From a virus (lineage: Duplodnaviria > Caudoviricetes): a DNA stretch of 55,955 nt. The stretch is from the IMG/VR virus record IMGVR_UViG_3300020055_002530, positions 1 through 55,955 of that record. One strand, 5' to 3'. The position numbers were made by a program, and so were the translations under genes. Positions 1-10,016 of the stretch are shown here, in pieces. The notes beneath the pieces were generated by a model, which was not told where the DNA came from, did not search any database, and saw only the letters and a list, made by a program, of their open reading frames with translations. Every line of letters begins with the position of its first letter. Position 1 is the stretch's first letter.

Positions 1-1108
1 AGGCTTTGGTAGCAGCATCTTGTGCGTCAGTTGGATCTGTAAGTCCTGTTATCCTACCTGTAACAGCAACACCATCTGTGCTTGTTGCCAGTTTTGCTGA
101 GTTCTCAAATAAAAGTGTAGCAATACCGTTTGCGGCTGATATAGCAGTATTTGCCAATGCGCCATCTTGTATTCTAACTGTGGCACCGTCTAAGATTAAA
201 GTGCCTGTGTTGTTATCGATGTTACCTGTTGTGCCACTGTGATATATTCTCATATCATTATCAGTGCCAAACCTAACTTCCTCATTATCGTCAAGGTCAA
301 TAGGTTTAGTAAGTGCTGATGAGTTTAGTGTGCCATTTGAACTGTCTACTAATAGTGTAGAGTCAGCGGCAACAATATCTATTGACTGCGATGAACCGCT
401 TGGGATAACAATACTAGAAGTTGCATTTGTAATAGCAGTATCAACTTGTGTTTGTGTGTAAGCATCTGTTATGCCATAACCTGATAGTGTAGTTGGTGTT
501 CCTGTTAAATCACTAAATGCACTTGCAACACCAGTTAGAGCACTACCATCTATTGCTGGCAAAGCGCCTGTTAAGTTTGCTGCTGGGATTGTTCCACTAA
601 CACCATCTACTAACAGTGTTGAATCATCTGCAAACACGCTACCTGTCATATCACCATCTAAACTTGATGCAACACCTGCTGTGATACCAGTAAGAGCACT
701 ACCATCTATAGCAGGTAAACTACCTGTAAGCACACTAGCATCAATAGCACCTGCACCACCTGATCCTAATTCTACTTTAAGGTCATCTATTTCGCTGGCA
801 ATCTGTGCATCTGTTTGTGCAATGTTGTAAAGATCTAATATACCAGATGCTGCTACACTTGTAGGCTTGCCACCCAAATTATCCCAGGTAGCAACACCTG
901 CTGGAACTGTGCCAGTTAATGCATTTGCATTTACGCTGTTTGCACTGATATCAACAAGTGTTGTTCCGTTTTCGCCTACAATGGTTTGTACAACAATACC
1001 TTCATACAGTTCTGTAAAGTTGGCATTGATTTTGATCATTGCATCACGCAATGGGTCTCCTCTACCATCACCTGCTGTTGTTCCTACGTTGATAACCTGC
1101 TTAGCCAT
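1..1108 (-). CDS. Tail fibre/baseplate structural protein, partial (runs off window start); not in ORF track
   Basis: ATG at 1108 overlaps the TAA of the upstream giant ORF (TAATG). Manual translation MAKQVINVGTTAGDGRGDPLRDAMIKINANFTELY resembles the T4 gp9/gp10 N-terminal motif. G/T/S/A-rich, with internal repeat LTG(S/A)LPAIDGSALTG and a DPTDAQDAATK fibre motif; frame open to position 1. Confidence 0.8.
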   Translation of the reverse strand, partial: MAKQVINVGTTAGDGRGDPLRDAMIKINANFTELYEGIVVQTIVGENGTTLVDISANSVNANALTGTVPAGVATWDNLGGKPTSVAASGILDLYNIAQTDAQIASEIDDLKVELGSGGAGAIDASVLTGSLPAIDGSALTGITAGVASSLDGDMTGSVFADDSTLLVDGVSGTIPAANLTGALPAIDGSALTGVASAFSDLTGTPTTLSGYGITDAYTQTQVDTAITNATSSIVIPSGSSQSIDIVAADSTLLVDSSNGTLNSSALTKPIDLDDNEEVRFGTDNDMRIYHSGTTGNIDNNTGTLILDGATVRIQDGALANTAISAANGIATLLFENSAKLATSTDGVAVTGRITGLTDPTDAQDAATKA

Positions 1109-4100
1109 TATACTCTCCCTACCACAATCTCAACAACACCTCTATCTTCGGTGTCTTTTGTACCAACTGCTTTACCAAGCACTTCACCTACGCCTGGGGA
1201 GTTATTCACTATCGCATAACCTGGTACGGCACTTGTAACCAGCATATCACCTTTCTTTACAGTGCCAATAACTTTACAAGGCACTCTACCTTGTAATGCT
1301 AGTCCTACAACGTGATCACCTTCTAATGCGCTGTTCATCAAGTGTGCTGGATTAGTTGTTACAACACCTGCTACACTTGTTTGTCCTTTAGCAGTACACA
1401 CTGTAACTTCGGCATCACCACCAAACACAACCACTGTACCTGGTTCATAGTCTGCATCACCCAAATAGTTTTCTGCCAAGTCAGCGTATAGTGCTTCTGT
1501 TGCAGTACCATGGAATGTAGTTGCCCATACAGCATTATATTTGTTGCCTGTTGCACCAATACTTACACCGTTGTCAGCACCACTATTTGTTGGGCCTAAT
1601 ATATTACCAGTGTGATCTATTGTACCCACATTACTAAAGTTACCAGTTGCTGTCCAGTTTGCTGTGCCACTTATAGCACCACTTGAGAATGCAATACCTG
1701 TCATACCTGCAAGTGTGGTGCTAGTGCCGCCTAGTGCAATAGTTGTTGAACCAATTGTAATATCATCATTTGTGAGTTTACCGTTAGCAATACCACCTGT
1801 TGCTAATGATATCCATCCACCAGTTGCAGTAAATTCTGCACTGTCAAAACTTGCAAGTCCTAAATCTGCTTGTGTAATACCAGTAGCATTTGCTCTAGTA
1901 GTTGCAGCATTCATATCTAACTTGCTTTGTTCAATCGCAGCAGTCGGACTAATGTCATCATTTGTAATACTTTCTGATGCAAAACCGATTGTAATTTCGC
2001 CAGGTGTAAGTGGATCATAGGTTACTTCAATATCGCCTGTAACTGTACAGTTCTCACTTTCTTGATCAGTTCCTGTGAATACAAGTAAGTCACCTCTAAC
2101 TGCTGTTCCGGTTCCTGTAATAGTTACGTCACCAATGTCATTGATTTCGTCAGTGTTATCTTCAAAGTATTGAATGTTGACAGCATCGGTTGGCTGTGCA
2201 GGATCAGGTGCTGCTAATCCAGTCAATGTGTTTAGACCCATGTTCAGCGTACCAGCCATTGTGTCGCCTAGTTTGAAAATATAACCACCGCCAGTTGGAA
2301 TAATGCCTGTGGTTAATGCAGTACCATTTCTATCTCTACCTAAACGTGCATTAATATATCCTTCAACTGCTGTTTGTGTAGGAACTGCATCACCTTTAGC
2401 ATCTGTAAACGTTGCATCGTTGCTAAACTCATTAACACGAACACCACGTTTAAAACCAATACCGTCAATGTTTGTAAGAACAAGTGCAGCATTAAATGTA
2501 ACACTACCTGTACCTTGGTCAACTGTAAAGAATCTACCAACACGGAAGAAACCATCTTGGTCTGTCATAACAGTAAACACACGCCCTTTTGTTCTTTCTT
2601 GGACTTGTGCAGCACTGTTAAAGCCTTCACTGTCGATAGCATCGTTTGTACTAATTGCACTAGTACCAAATGGCTGACCATAAATGCGTTCTGGATAGTT
2701 TGCAGTGTTAAACCCACCAACACCAATATCCAACATATCGTGTCCTGTTGCACGACAGGTTGAAATATTAACTGTGATTTCACCTGCTTCGCCATCTGCA
2801 AGTCCGGCTTTCAAAACCAATCCATCTGTAATTAATGTGCTTAATCCTAATCCTCCATATGCACTACCACTTAGTGCAGGTCTATTGATATCTCTATTTG
2901 CAACATCAGATATTTGAATAACACCAACTTCTCTGGTGCCACCACCACCAGCTGGATAATCATATACTGCATAGCCGTCAATTTGATGTAGTTTACCTCC
3001 CCAGGTAAAAATCATATCTGCATTTAACAATCTATCTTCATCAGTGGCATCAACTGGACTGATTGCAATAAATCTACTACCATCTGTACTTGTTGTTGCT
3101 GCTGTGGTACCCATTGTGATTGTACCACTTGTTGTCACTGCACCAACTATATCGGTGTAATTTGGATTCACAGTAGCATCAGTATCAAATTGAGTTTCTG
3201 TAGCGAGTAAAGCATCTCCACCTCGATCAACTGTAATGTCGATATATCTAAAGTTGCTATCAAAAGTAACCATACGTTGATCTGTGCCAACAGTTACACC
3301 ATCTGTGATTGTGTTACTAAATGAAATAGTTCTATATACATAATCAGTAGTATCAGCAGTGAATTGGAATGCTGTACTTGGACGTACTGGTAAATCTTCT
3401 GCAGGGAAGTTGTCGAGCAAAAAGTTTTGTTTATGTCTTACAACCAACCTAGTATCGTGTGGTGTATCCTGTTGTAAACCATTTGATGCAGTACCTTCTA
3501 GTCCAGTACCAAAGTTAAATCTCCAAACGATACCACTCAAACCTGGTGTGCTTGAATCAATTCTTGGTATACCAGAAGTTACACTGGCTGCTGTAATTAT
3601 GCCGCCGTCTGCATCATCAATAGTTACTGTACAATCTTGTGCTGGAGTTGCACCGCCTAACAGATCTCCTGGAATTTGTATAGTTTCAAGAGCTGCATAG
3701 GTACCACCTGTTCCTGGGCTTACAATTTTTACTTGGTAAGTAGGAGTTGGATAAGCAATTTTACTTATTTCAAGCACAGCACCGGTACCTGTACCAGCAT
3801 AAGTAATACCTACGGCTGTATCTAGATCAATTTCATATCCATTGAATGTAAACCCTGCATCTGTAGCATTTGTTATTTCATATGGTTGATATAAGTTTAC
3901 ATCGTGGTATACTTCTACTTCACTGACATTGTTTGGGAATCCATTTAGATCATATGCGTACATAAACAATGAATCCTCTGGTGCATCTAATGTCACTGTT
4001 TCAACACTTGCAGGAATACCTACATCAGTAGAAGTTGGTGTTGTGCAAGTATTTGTTGTATTAAATGTACCTGTAGTTGTATGCACATATATTCTTCTGG

Positions 4101-7100
4101 GATCACCAGTTACTACATCTTCTTCACCTAAAATACTGATAATACCTGTAGCGTTTGCAGCTCTTGTAGCTTCACCTCCACTTGTATATGCTGTGTAAGC
4201 TGTGCTGTCAACAGTAGTTGTTAAACCTGAATCTGTATAAAGAGCAAAAGTAGTTGGACTTAAAACATCTACATAAAAGTTATTTTCATTTACTTCAGTC
4301 ATACCAAGTACATCAGTTATTGTAATCAAATCGCTGTCAGACAATGTATGGGCAGAGCTGGTTGTAACCACAGCAGGATCTGCTTGGGTAATACCTGTGA
4401 TTGTTTTATTAATGAAACCTTGTGTTAATAACTGTCCTTCTGAAATTGTACCTGTGATAGGAATATCAGGACCAGCAAAATTTAAGTATCCATCTGCTCT
4501 AAACGTTTTAGCAGGGAATACCATATCTGCTCCTAAGTTTACACTAGTTGCAATCTCATCTGGGTCAGCACCTTCTGCAACCAGTCCAAAGAAACCATAA
4601 CTGTTGTTACCAGCAATACTACGAATCTGTGAACCATCTGCTGCAAGATAACCTGTATGACAGTAGTATGTAAACATACTAACAAGTTCTGATAACGCAT
4701 TGTTTATAGCAATACAACCATAACCTAAGTCGTTGATTTGTGTAAAGTCGTTAGCAAGCATTGATCTGTTACCACCACTTTGTACAAAAATATCAATGCC
4801 TGTGCCACTGGTCCAACCTTGTCCTTCTGCAACTGTTGCAACATTACCACCACCTGTGTAAGTTGAAAATCCCGATGTTGTGTCTAATGCAACTGTTAAT
4901 GAAAGGTTTGTGTACAATTCAACTTTGGTTGGTTGTCCACTTACAGTTTTAACATAGTAATCATTGCCGTTGATTTCAGTCATACCATTGACGTTGCTGA
5001 ACTGTATTCTATCACCATCACTGAATGGATGGTTAGTTGTAAATGTAACCACAGCAGGACTTGCCTGTGTAATATCGTCAATTTCTCTAGTAATTCTGTC
5101 TGCAACATTACTGGTTTCATCTAGTACAAACGTTGCTGTACCTGTAGCCTTATCATAGTTTGTAATAGTATTAACCTGATATCTAGCACCGTTGTAAAAG
5201 AATGGAAACGGAGTAGGAGGTTTTCTAACAAACAAGCCTTCGCCTGTTGGAGAGCTTACAGTAATGTTAAATGCACTAGTTACAGTGTCTACAGTTACAG
5301 GCATATTACCTGCATATCCATCAATAAACAATCCACCTGCAAAGTTCCTACGTGTACCTTTTGATTGTGAGAAACTTGAACCTGTTTGACAGTAAGGTGA
5401 TCTAGTTAGGATCTGTCCTTCTGGATCGAGCACCATCATAAAGCCGCCGTGTCTTTGCACTGTTAGGTTTCTAACAATAGTACCATCGTTACAAAGCAAC
5501 ACATCCATTTCGCTGTTGTTTAATGGTGGGTTGTAACTTGCGTCAAATGCAAAAACAACACAATCAACCAGTGCATCAGAATTGGTTTGCGCATCTGTCT
5601 CTGCTGTATAATCTGCGTCAGTTACCTGTGCAACAGAACCTAAAGTAGTATAACTGCTGGTTCCACCGTTGATTAAAACGTGAGCCATGATTGTTTTTAG
5701 GTTTGTAAGTGCTGCTGCTGTTTGTTGTTCTTGACCTGATACAGATCCTTCGTAGTATGCACCTTGATTTGTAAGTGTAACTTCTCTGCCACCTGTCCTC
5801 AAATCGCTGATAAAGCCATCAACAATCAAACCAGTATCACGTCTACATTTTGTTTCATTGTAAACAAAACCACTCCAAATGCCTGCGCCACCTGCTACTT
5901 GTGCATCTATATATTCGATAGTTTCTTCAATAATATAATCTTTGTTTAGTTCGATTAATCTTGCTGCTTGATCAAAATCACCTGGATTTGATGCTGCATC
6001 TGTTCCTACTTCTACCGGAATGCTTGGATCTGCAAGATAGTGATAACCATACTTACCATTCTTTCCACTAATTGGGTGTACAAAGGTTGTACCACCGCCA
6101 GTTGCAGTCACATTAAAAGTAACATTAGCAGCACCACCGCTACCTAGTTGTGTATCAGCAATTGTAATTGTTTCGCCAACAATAAATCCATCACCGTTAT
6201 TTGTAACAGTAATGGTTGTATTTCCAACTCCATCTACAACTACACTAAATTCAGCATCAATACCATCTCCGTTGCTGTCCCATTGATCGTTTAGGATAGT
6301 ATATGTTCCAGCAGCTCTTGATCCATCTGCTGCTGCTGTGCTTATTGTGCTAATAGGCGAATATGCACCAGGCAAATCATCTACCACTGCATCTCTATAG
6401 AAATATGTGTTAGCCCACACACTCTGTGATACACCTGGTTTTGGTCTTAGAACAACTCGTCTAAATTCGTCACCTTTGATACTAACATTTTCTGGAAGTT
6501 TAATGGGAAGGTGTTCATAGTAAATACCAGATTCTACACGGACTGTAACTTGGTTATCTCTAGTTAAATTACCGTACTCGAGTTCTTCGCCAACTATAAA
6601 TTCAATTGGTTCTACAAGATCCACTGTTATTCTATCAGTAGTACCTGTTGCAGTTCTAGTATAGTCGGTTATAATGCCCTTTGCACCACTAAGTCTACCA
6701 ACAATAATTTTACCTTCAATAAGATCACTGTTTCCTTCTAGACCTTGATCTACACTGTCGTATGTGCCATTTAAGAAATCAAATGTGTAACCTGTACCAG
6801 TACCTGCTAGTGCAACGGTTGTGCCACCTATGATAGATATAACTTCTTGGAAACGATCAGCATATGAATCATATACTGCATCTCCAGCATTCAATCCTAG
6901 TTCACTTGTTAGCAGTGCAAGCACTCTTGATCTAGCCAAAGCAATACTTTGTGTTGTAGCATCACCTTGTGTTGTTTTTGCTTTAACTGCACTAGGGTTG
7001 GCATTGTATCTTAGCCCAGACCATCTTGAAAGATAGTTGACATTTTGTCCTGCTAAAACGTCTAAACGCACACTGTTAATGATTAACTTAATGTCTCTTT

Positions 7101-8289
7101 TACAAGTATCAACATCATAAATTAAATCTGGAAAGGTTAATGCAACATATTCTGCCACATCTTCTTGCACTGTTTCGATATAATCCTCAACAATAGGACT
7201 TGCTGTTGCTGCTACGCCGCCGCCCCAAGCTGTGAAACCTGTAATAGAATCAATTTGTGTATTAAGTGTTTGTTGTTCGTAAGTAATAATCTGAACATAG
7301 GGACCTGGTTCAAATGGAGTTGATTCAATAATCTCACTTGCCCTGGTCATTGCTGCATTTATACTTGAATATGCATATTGAGGAGAACGTCCTTCTTGAC
7401 CTGGAGGCGTACTTCCTTGATTATCATCACCTGTAGTAGCAACATATATATTTGTAGCACTGCTGAAACCTTGTGTATCTACATATAGTTTTGTTACAGC
7501 CTGTAAATCATCTTTGCCATTTGGAGTACCGAAGCCTTCTAATGGATTAGGATGGTCTGACAAATATAGCGTGTCAAGCATACGTCTGTTTTCTTCGCTG
7601 CCTGCTCTTGTAATTACTTCTTCTGTACGTGGAACTTGTGCGCCACTTGCACCTGCTGGTACTTCTAATGCACCAGTCATAGTATCGCCAGCAATGTTTA
7701 CATAGGTATCATTGTTATAACCTATGCTTGGAATAATATTATCTGCGTTGATTGGAGATTTTGCAGAATGTGTTGTGTTCCAAGCGGTAACTAGAGTGTT
7801 GATATCATCGCCTGTACCACTTGTGTTTCTTAATGGAGTGTTTGTATTGTCATCGTATGCTGCAATGCCTTGGAATGCTGATGGTGCTGATAGGGTAGGA
7901 TCAGGATCTCTTTCAATATGAGGATCATGAATAACAGCTTTTAGTGTACCACTTTGATCTGGGGTTGCTGGATCAACATCATCAAATTCAAATCTTATAC
8001 TGTTGTTATTTCTACCAGCTTCTTTTGTATCGCCGTTATCAAGAGCATCACTAATAAATTTATAAAAACCAATACCTGTTTCTGTTTGATTTACTGCTAC
8101 AACGCCTCCTGCGTTACCAAGATAACTATCAGGTGTGTCGTCAATATTCTTAAAAGAAATACTGCCTCCTAATCCAAACACAGCATACAGTTCTTGGAAG
8201 TTGTCGTTTACCTTACGAAAACTTTCACGTATACTATCACCTGTACCGTCGTTACCCTCAATGCCGATATCAATTTCTTTTCTTGCCAT
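1108..8289 (-). CDS. Giant virion structural protein (2393 aa; baseplate/tail fibre-like)
   Basis: gp9/gp10-like N-terminus (IDIGIEGNDGTGDSIRESFRKVNDNFQELY); CxRD repeats; two IT(Q)AxPAVVT..H..SDxD.I.. repeats (E1-FCCH-like beta modules seen in phage tail proteins); C-terminal YADLAENY..GVVTTNP..GRVPCKV..GDMLV, like a peptidase G2/intramolecular chaperone domain. Confidence 0.8.
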   Translation of the reverse strand: MARKEIDIGIEGNDGTGDSIRESFRKVNDNFQELYAVFGLGGSISFKNIDDTPDSYLGNAGGVVAVNQTETGIGFYKFISDALDNGDTKEAGRNNNSIRFEFDDVDPATPDQSGTLKAVIHDPHIERDPDPTLSAPSAFQGIAAYDDNTNTPLRNTSGTGDDINTLVTAWNTTHSAKSPINADNIIPSIGYNNDTYVNIAGDTMTGALEVPAGASGAQVPRTEEVITRAGSEENRRMLDTLYLSDHPNPLEGFGTPNGKDDLQAVTKLYVDTQGFSSATNIYVATTGDDNQGSTPPGQEGRSPQYAYSSINAAMTRASEIIESTPFEPGPYVQIITYEQQTLNTQIDSITGFTAWGGGVAATASPIVEDYIETVQEDVAEYVALTFPDLIYDVDTCKRDIKLIINSVRLDVLAGQNVNYLSRWSGLRYNANPSAVKAKTTQGDATTQSIALARSRVLALLTSELGLNAGDAVYDSYADRFQEVISIIGGTTVALAGTGTGYTFDFLNGTYDSVDQGLEGNSDLIEGKIIVGRLSGAKGIITDYTRTATGTTDRITVDLVEPIEFIVGEELEYGNLTRDNQVTVRVESGIYYEHLPIKLPENVSIKGDEFRRVVLRPKPGVSQSVWANTYFYRDAVVDDLPGAYSPISTISTAAADGSRAAGTYTILNDQWDSNGDGIDAEFSVVVDGVGNTTITVTNNGDGFIVGETITIADTQLGSGGAANVTFNVTATGGGTTFVHPISGKNGKYGYHYLADPSIPVEVGTDAASNPGDFDQAARLIELNKDYIIEETIEYIDAQVAGGAGIWSGFVYNETKCRRDTGLIVDGFISDLRTGGREVTLTNQGAYYEGSVSGQEQQTAAALTNLKTIMAHVLINGGTSSYTTLGSVAQVTDADYTAETDAQTNSDALVDCVVFAFDASYNPPLNNSEMDVLLCNDGTIVRNLTVQRHGGFMMVLDPEGQILTRSPYCQTGSSFSQSKGTRRNFAGGLFIDGYAGNMPVTVDTVTSAFNITVSSPTGEGLFVRKPPTPFPFFYNGARYQVNTITNYDKATGTATFVLDETSNVADRITREIDDITQASPAVVTFTTNHPFSDGDRIQFSNVNGMTEINGNDYYVKTVSGQPTKVELYTNLSLTVALDTTSGFSTYTGGGNVATVAEGQGWTSGTGIDIFVQSGGNRSMLANDFTQINDLGYGCIAINNALSELVSMFTYYCHTGYLAADGSQIRSIAGNNSYGFFGLVAEGADPDEIATSVNLGADMVFPAKTFRADGYLNFAGPDIPITGTISEGQLLTQGFINKTITGITQADPAVVTTSSAHTLSDSDLITITDVLGMTEVNENNFYVDVLSPTTFALYTDSGLTTTVDSTAYTAYTSGGEATRAANATGIISILGEEDVVTGDPRRIYVHTTTGTFNTTNTCTTPTSTDVGIPASVETVTLDAPEDSLFMYAYDLNGFPNNVSEVEVYHDVNLYQPYEITNATDAGFTFNGYEIDLDTAVGITYAGTGTGAVLEISKIAYPTPTYQVKIVSPGTGGTYAALETIQIPGDLLGGATPAQDCTVTIDDADGGIITAASVTSGIPRIDSSTPGLSGIVWRFNFGTGLEGTASNGLQQDTPHDTRLVVRHKQNFLLDNFPAEDLPVRPSTAFQFTADTTDYVYRTISFSNTITDGVTVGTDQRMVTFDSNFRYIDITVDRGGDALLATETQFDTDATVNPNYTDIVGAVTTSGTITMGTTAATTSTDGSRFIAISPVDATDEDRLLNADMIFTWGGKLHQIDGYAVYDYPAGGGGTREVGVIQISDVANRDINRPALSGSAYGGLGLSTLITDGLVLKAGLADGEAGEITVNISTCRATGHDMLDIGVGGFNTANYPERIYGQPFGTSAISTNDAIDSEGFNSAAQVQERTKGRVFTVMTDQDGFFRVGRFFTVDQGTGSVTFNAALVLTNIDGIGFKRGVRVNEFSNDATFTDAKGDAVPTQTAVEGYINARLGRDRNGTALTTGIIPTGGGYIFKLGDTMAGTLNMGLNTLTGLAAPDPAQPTDAVNIQYFEDNTDEINDIGDVTITGTGTAVRGDLLVFTGTDQESENCTVTGDIEVTYDPLTPGEITIGFASESITNDDISPTAAIEQSKLDMNAATTRANATGITQADLGLASFDSAEFTATGGWISLATGGIANGKLTNDDITIGSTTIALGGTSTTLAGMTGIAFSSGAISGTANWTATGNFSNVGTIDHTGNILGPTNSGADNGVSIGATGNKYNAVWATTFHGTATEALYADLAENYLGDADYEPGTVVVFGGDAEVTVCTAKGQTSVAGVVTTNPAHLMNSALEGDHVVGLALQGRVPCKVIGTVKKGDMLVTSAVPGYAIVNNSPGVGEVLGKAVGTKDTEDRGVVEIVVGRV

Positions 8290-8300
8290 TTAATTTTTCC

Positions 8301-8663
8301 TTAAAACTGTGGTACTAAACTGTCCATATCAAAATTTACACTTACTCCACAACCACACGAACTGTGTGCATTTGGATTGCGTATTTCAAAGTTTGCTCCA
8401 ACTAAACTTTTTACATAATCTACTTCTGTTCCAATTAGGAACATTAAACTATGAGCTCCTACCACAAACGCACATCCGTTTGCTGTTTTTACTACTTCGT
8501 CACCTTCTTCTAAGTCTGTTGGACACGCAATAGTTCCCCATTCGTATTCAAAACCTGCACAACCACCGCCTTTGATGTTAAGAGTAATGCCATAGCATTC
8601 ATTCTCCTCGCTCAAAAGGTCTATTTGTTTCTCTGCTGCTGGTGTTAAAGTTAGTATGCTCAT
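8301..8663 (-). CDS. iscA: Fe-S cluster assembly accessory protein (IscA/SufA/HesB family)
   Basis: GGGCAGFEY and C-terminal NPNAHSSCGCGVS motifs. Confidence 0.93.
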   Translation of the reverse strand: MSILTLTPAAEKQIDLLSEENECYGITLNIKGGGCAGFEYEWGTIACPTDLEEGDEVVKTANGCAFVVGAHSLMFLIGTEVDYVKSLVGANFEIRNPNAHSSCGCGVSVNFDMDSLVPQF

Positions 8664-8719
8664 AGTGTTCCTTTCTAGTATTTATCGGTGTATTTTATAA
8701 TCTTAATGTAAATATAGTT

Positions 8720-9007
8720 ATGTTTATAAAAGAATATTTAATTGATACTTGGCATATGCGCCGTAGTAAACTAGGAAAGCAACACACATATAATCGTAAA
8801 AAAACTATGGTTATACTCAAATGTGATGCTTGTGATACAGAATTTACTCGTCCAAGAGGTAGTATGGATCCAAAAAGACTAAGCAACAATTACTTCCACG
8901 TATGTGAAAACTGTGATGCAAAACGTTTTGCTCAAAAACGAGGTGTAAGTGCTAAAAAAGTTTGGACTTTAAAAGCAAGTAGCGATATACCAATTAACAA
9001 ATTATAA
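8720..9007 (+). CDS. Hypothetical basic protein with CxxC..CxxC (possible Zn-binding)
   Basis: CDAC and CENC motifs; TAAATA at 8709-8714 just upstream. Confidence 0.65.
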   Translation: MFIKEYLIDTWHMRRSKLGKQHTYNRKKTMVILKCDACDTEFTRPRGSMDPKRLSNNYFHVCENCDAKRFAQKRGVSAKKVWTLKASSDIPINKL

Positions 9008-9631
9008 ATTCCATCCGTAGTCATACTTCTGTGCAAAGTAGTACATTTTTCTATGGATATTGTTGTATGCATTTTTTGTTACATAAATTACGTTATCTCT
9101 TTGGATTTTAGGATCTTGTTTGCAAAATTCTACTTCGAAGTCAAATGATTTATTGTGATGGTCTATGCTACCAATATTTTCATAGTATGTTTCTTGCATC
9201 CATTTTTCTAATTTTTCTAATTCTTCTAACTTGAAAACTTTTACCTTGTCACCTATGTGCATATCTGGTGTTATACCACAATGCCACCAGTAATCCGCCC
9301 AATCGACACGATTTGTTAATTCGTTGTTTATTATAGAAAAAGGATTATTAATTACTTGGCAATGTTTTTCAAAATCAAATGGCAATCCAAAATGATATTT
9401 AAACATTTTGTATCCACTTAGTACCCAAGATAAAGGACTGCGGACTGTAGCAAAGGCAGTGTAACCTTCTGGTATATCAGTTGTTAATTTAGGAAAATAT
9501 TCCCAATCTTCGTCAACTTTGAATAACCATTGGGTGACACTGTTTCCTCCGCATTTAGGTGTGAATATGTGTATTAATTTTTTCTTATGATTTATTTTAG
9601 AATCAAATATTATTGACGCCAAATAGTCCAC
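9002..9631 (-). CDS. Sulfotransferase family 2-like protein
   Basis: IHIFTPKCGGNSV (5'-PSB-like) and VRSPLSWVLSGY (3'-PB-like) motifs; start codon uncertain. Confidence 0.65.
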   Translation of the reverse strand: MDYLASIIFDSKINHKKKLIHIFTPKCGGNSVTQWLFKVDEDWEYFPKLTTDIPEGYTAFATVRSPLSWVLSGYKMFKYHFGLPFDFEKHCQVINNPFSIINNELTNRVDWADYWWHCGITPDMHIGDKVKVFKLEELEKLEKWMQETYYENIGSIDHHNKSFDFEVEFCKQDPKIQRDNVIYVTKNAYNNIHRKMYYFAQKYDYGWNL

Positions 9632-9771
9632 GCTCCATATGCAATAGCTGCATATGCAATAAGTGTTGTTAATGGTGAAAAGATAATGATAGCTGCACCT
9701 GCTGCCACCATTAGTACTCCGTCAACAGTTGAACGTTGTTTAATACGACTGTCTATCCATTTTTTGATCAT
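9610..9771 (-). CDS. Small two-TM membrane protein
   Basis: MIKKWIDSRIKQRSTVDG followed by two hydrophobic segments; ATG at 9771 has GGAG upstream. Confidence 0.65.
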   Translation of the reverse strand: MIKKWIDSRIKQRSTVDGVLMVAAGAAIIIFSPLTTLIAYAAIAYGAWTIWRQ

Positions 9772-10009
9772 TACGTATTCTCCTAATGTGTTTGTCTTGC
9801 TCAAGCACGGTTTGTTCTAGTCGCTTGAGTTTTTCTTCCAATGCTTGTACATAAGCATAAGTTGGAATCTGTTTTTCAGTTTCATCTTCGCCAAGCATAG
9901 TGAAACTGTTTACACCAGCACCTTTGAGTCCGCCTAGCACACGGTTAGGATTTTTATCTCTTGTGATCGCTTGTGGAGCCTTTGCTCCATACATTCTTGC
10001 TAAATTCAT
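9740..10009 (-). CDS. Hypothetical protein with C-terminal coiled coil
   Basis: Fits operon spacing; TAAATA at 10014-10019 upstream. Confidence 0.6.
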   Translation of the reverse strand: MNLARMYGAKAPQAITRDKNPNRVLGGLKGAGVNSFTMLGEDETEKQIPTYAYVQALEEKLKRLEQTVLEQDKHIRRIRNDQKMDRQSY

Positions 10010-10016
10010 ATTGTAT

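Noticed and set aside
525-735. Imperfect ~45 bp direct repeat as a possible CRISPR or DGR element
   Set aside because: Only two copies, differing mainly at synonymous positions; it is a protein-level repeat, and no cas or reverse transcriptase gene is seen
6-8172. Many short plus-strand ORFs, plus nested minus-strand ORFs, over the structural genes
   Set aside because: Antisense or out-of-frame shadows of long ORFs with recognisable motifs; no protein features of their own
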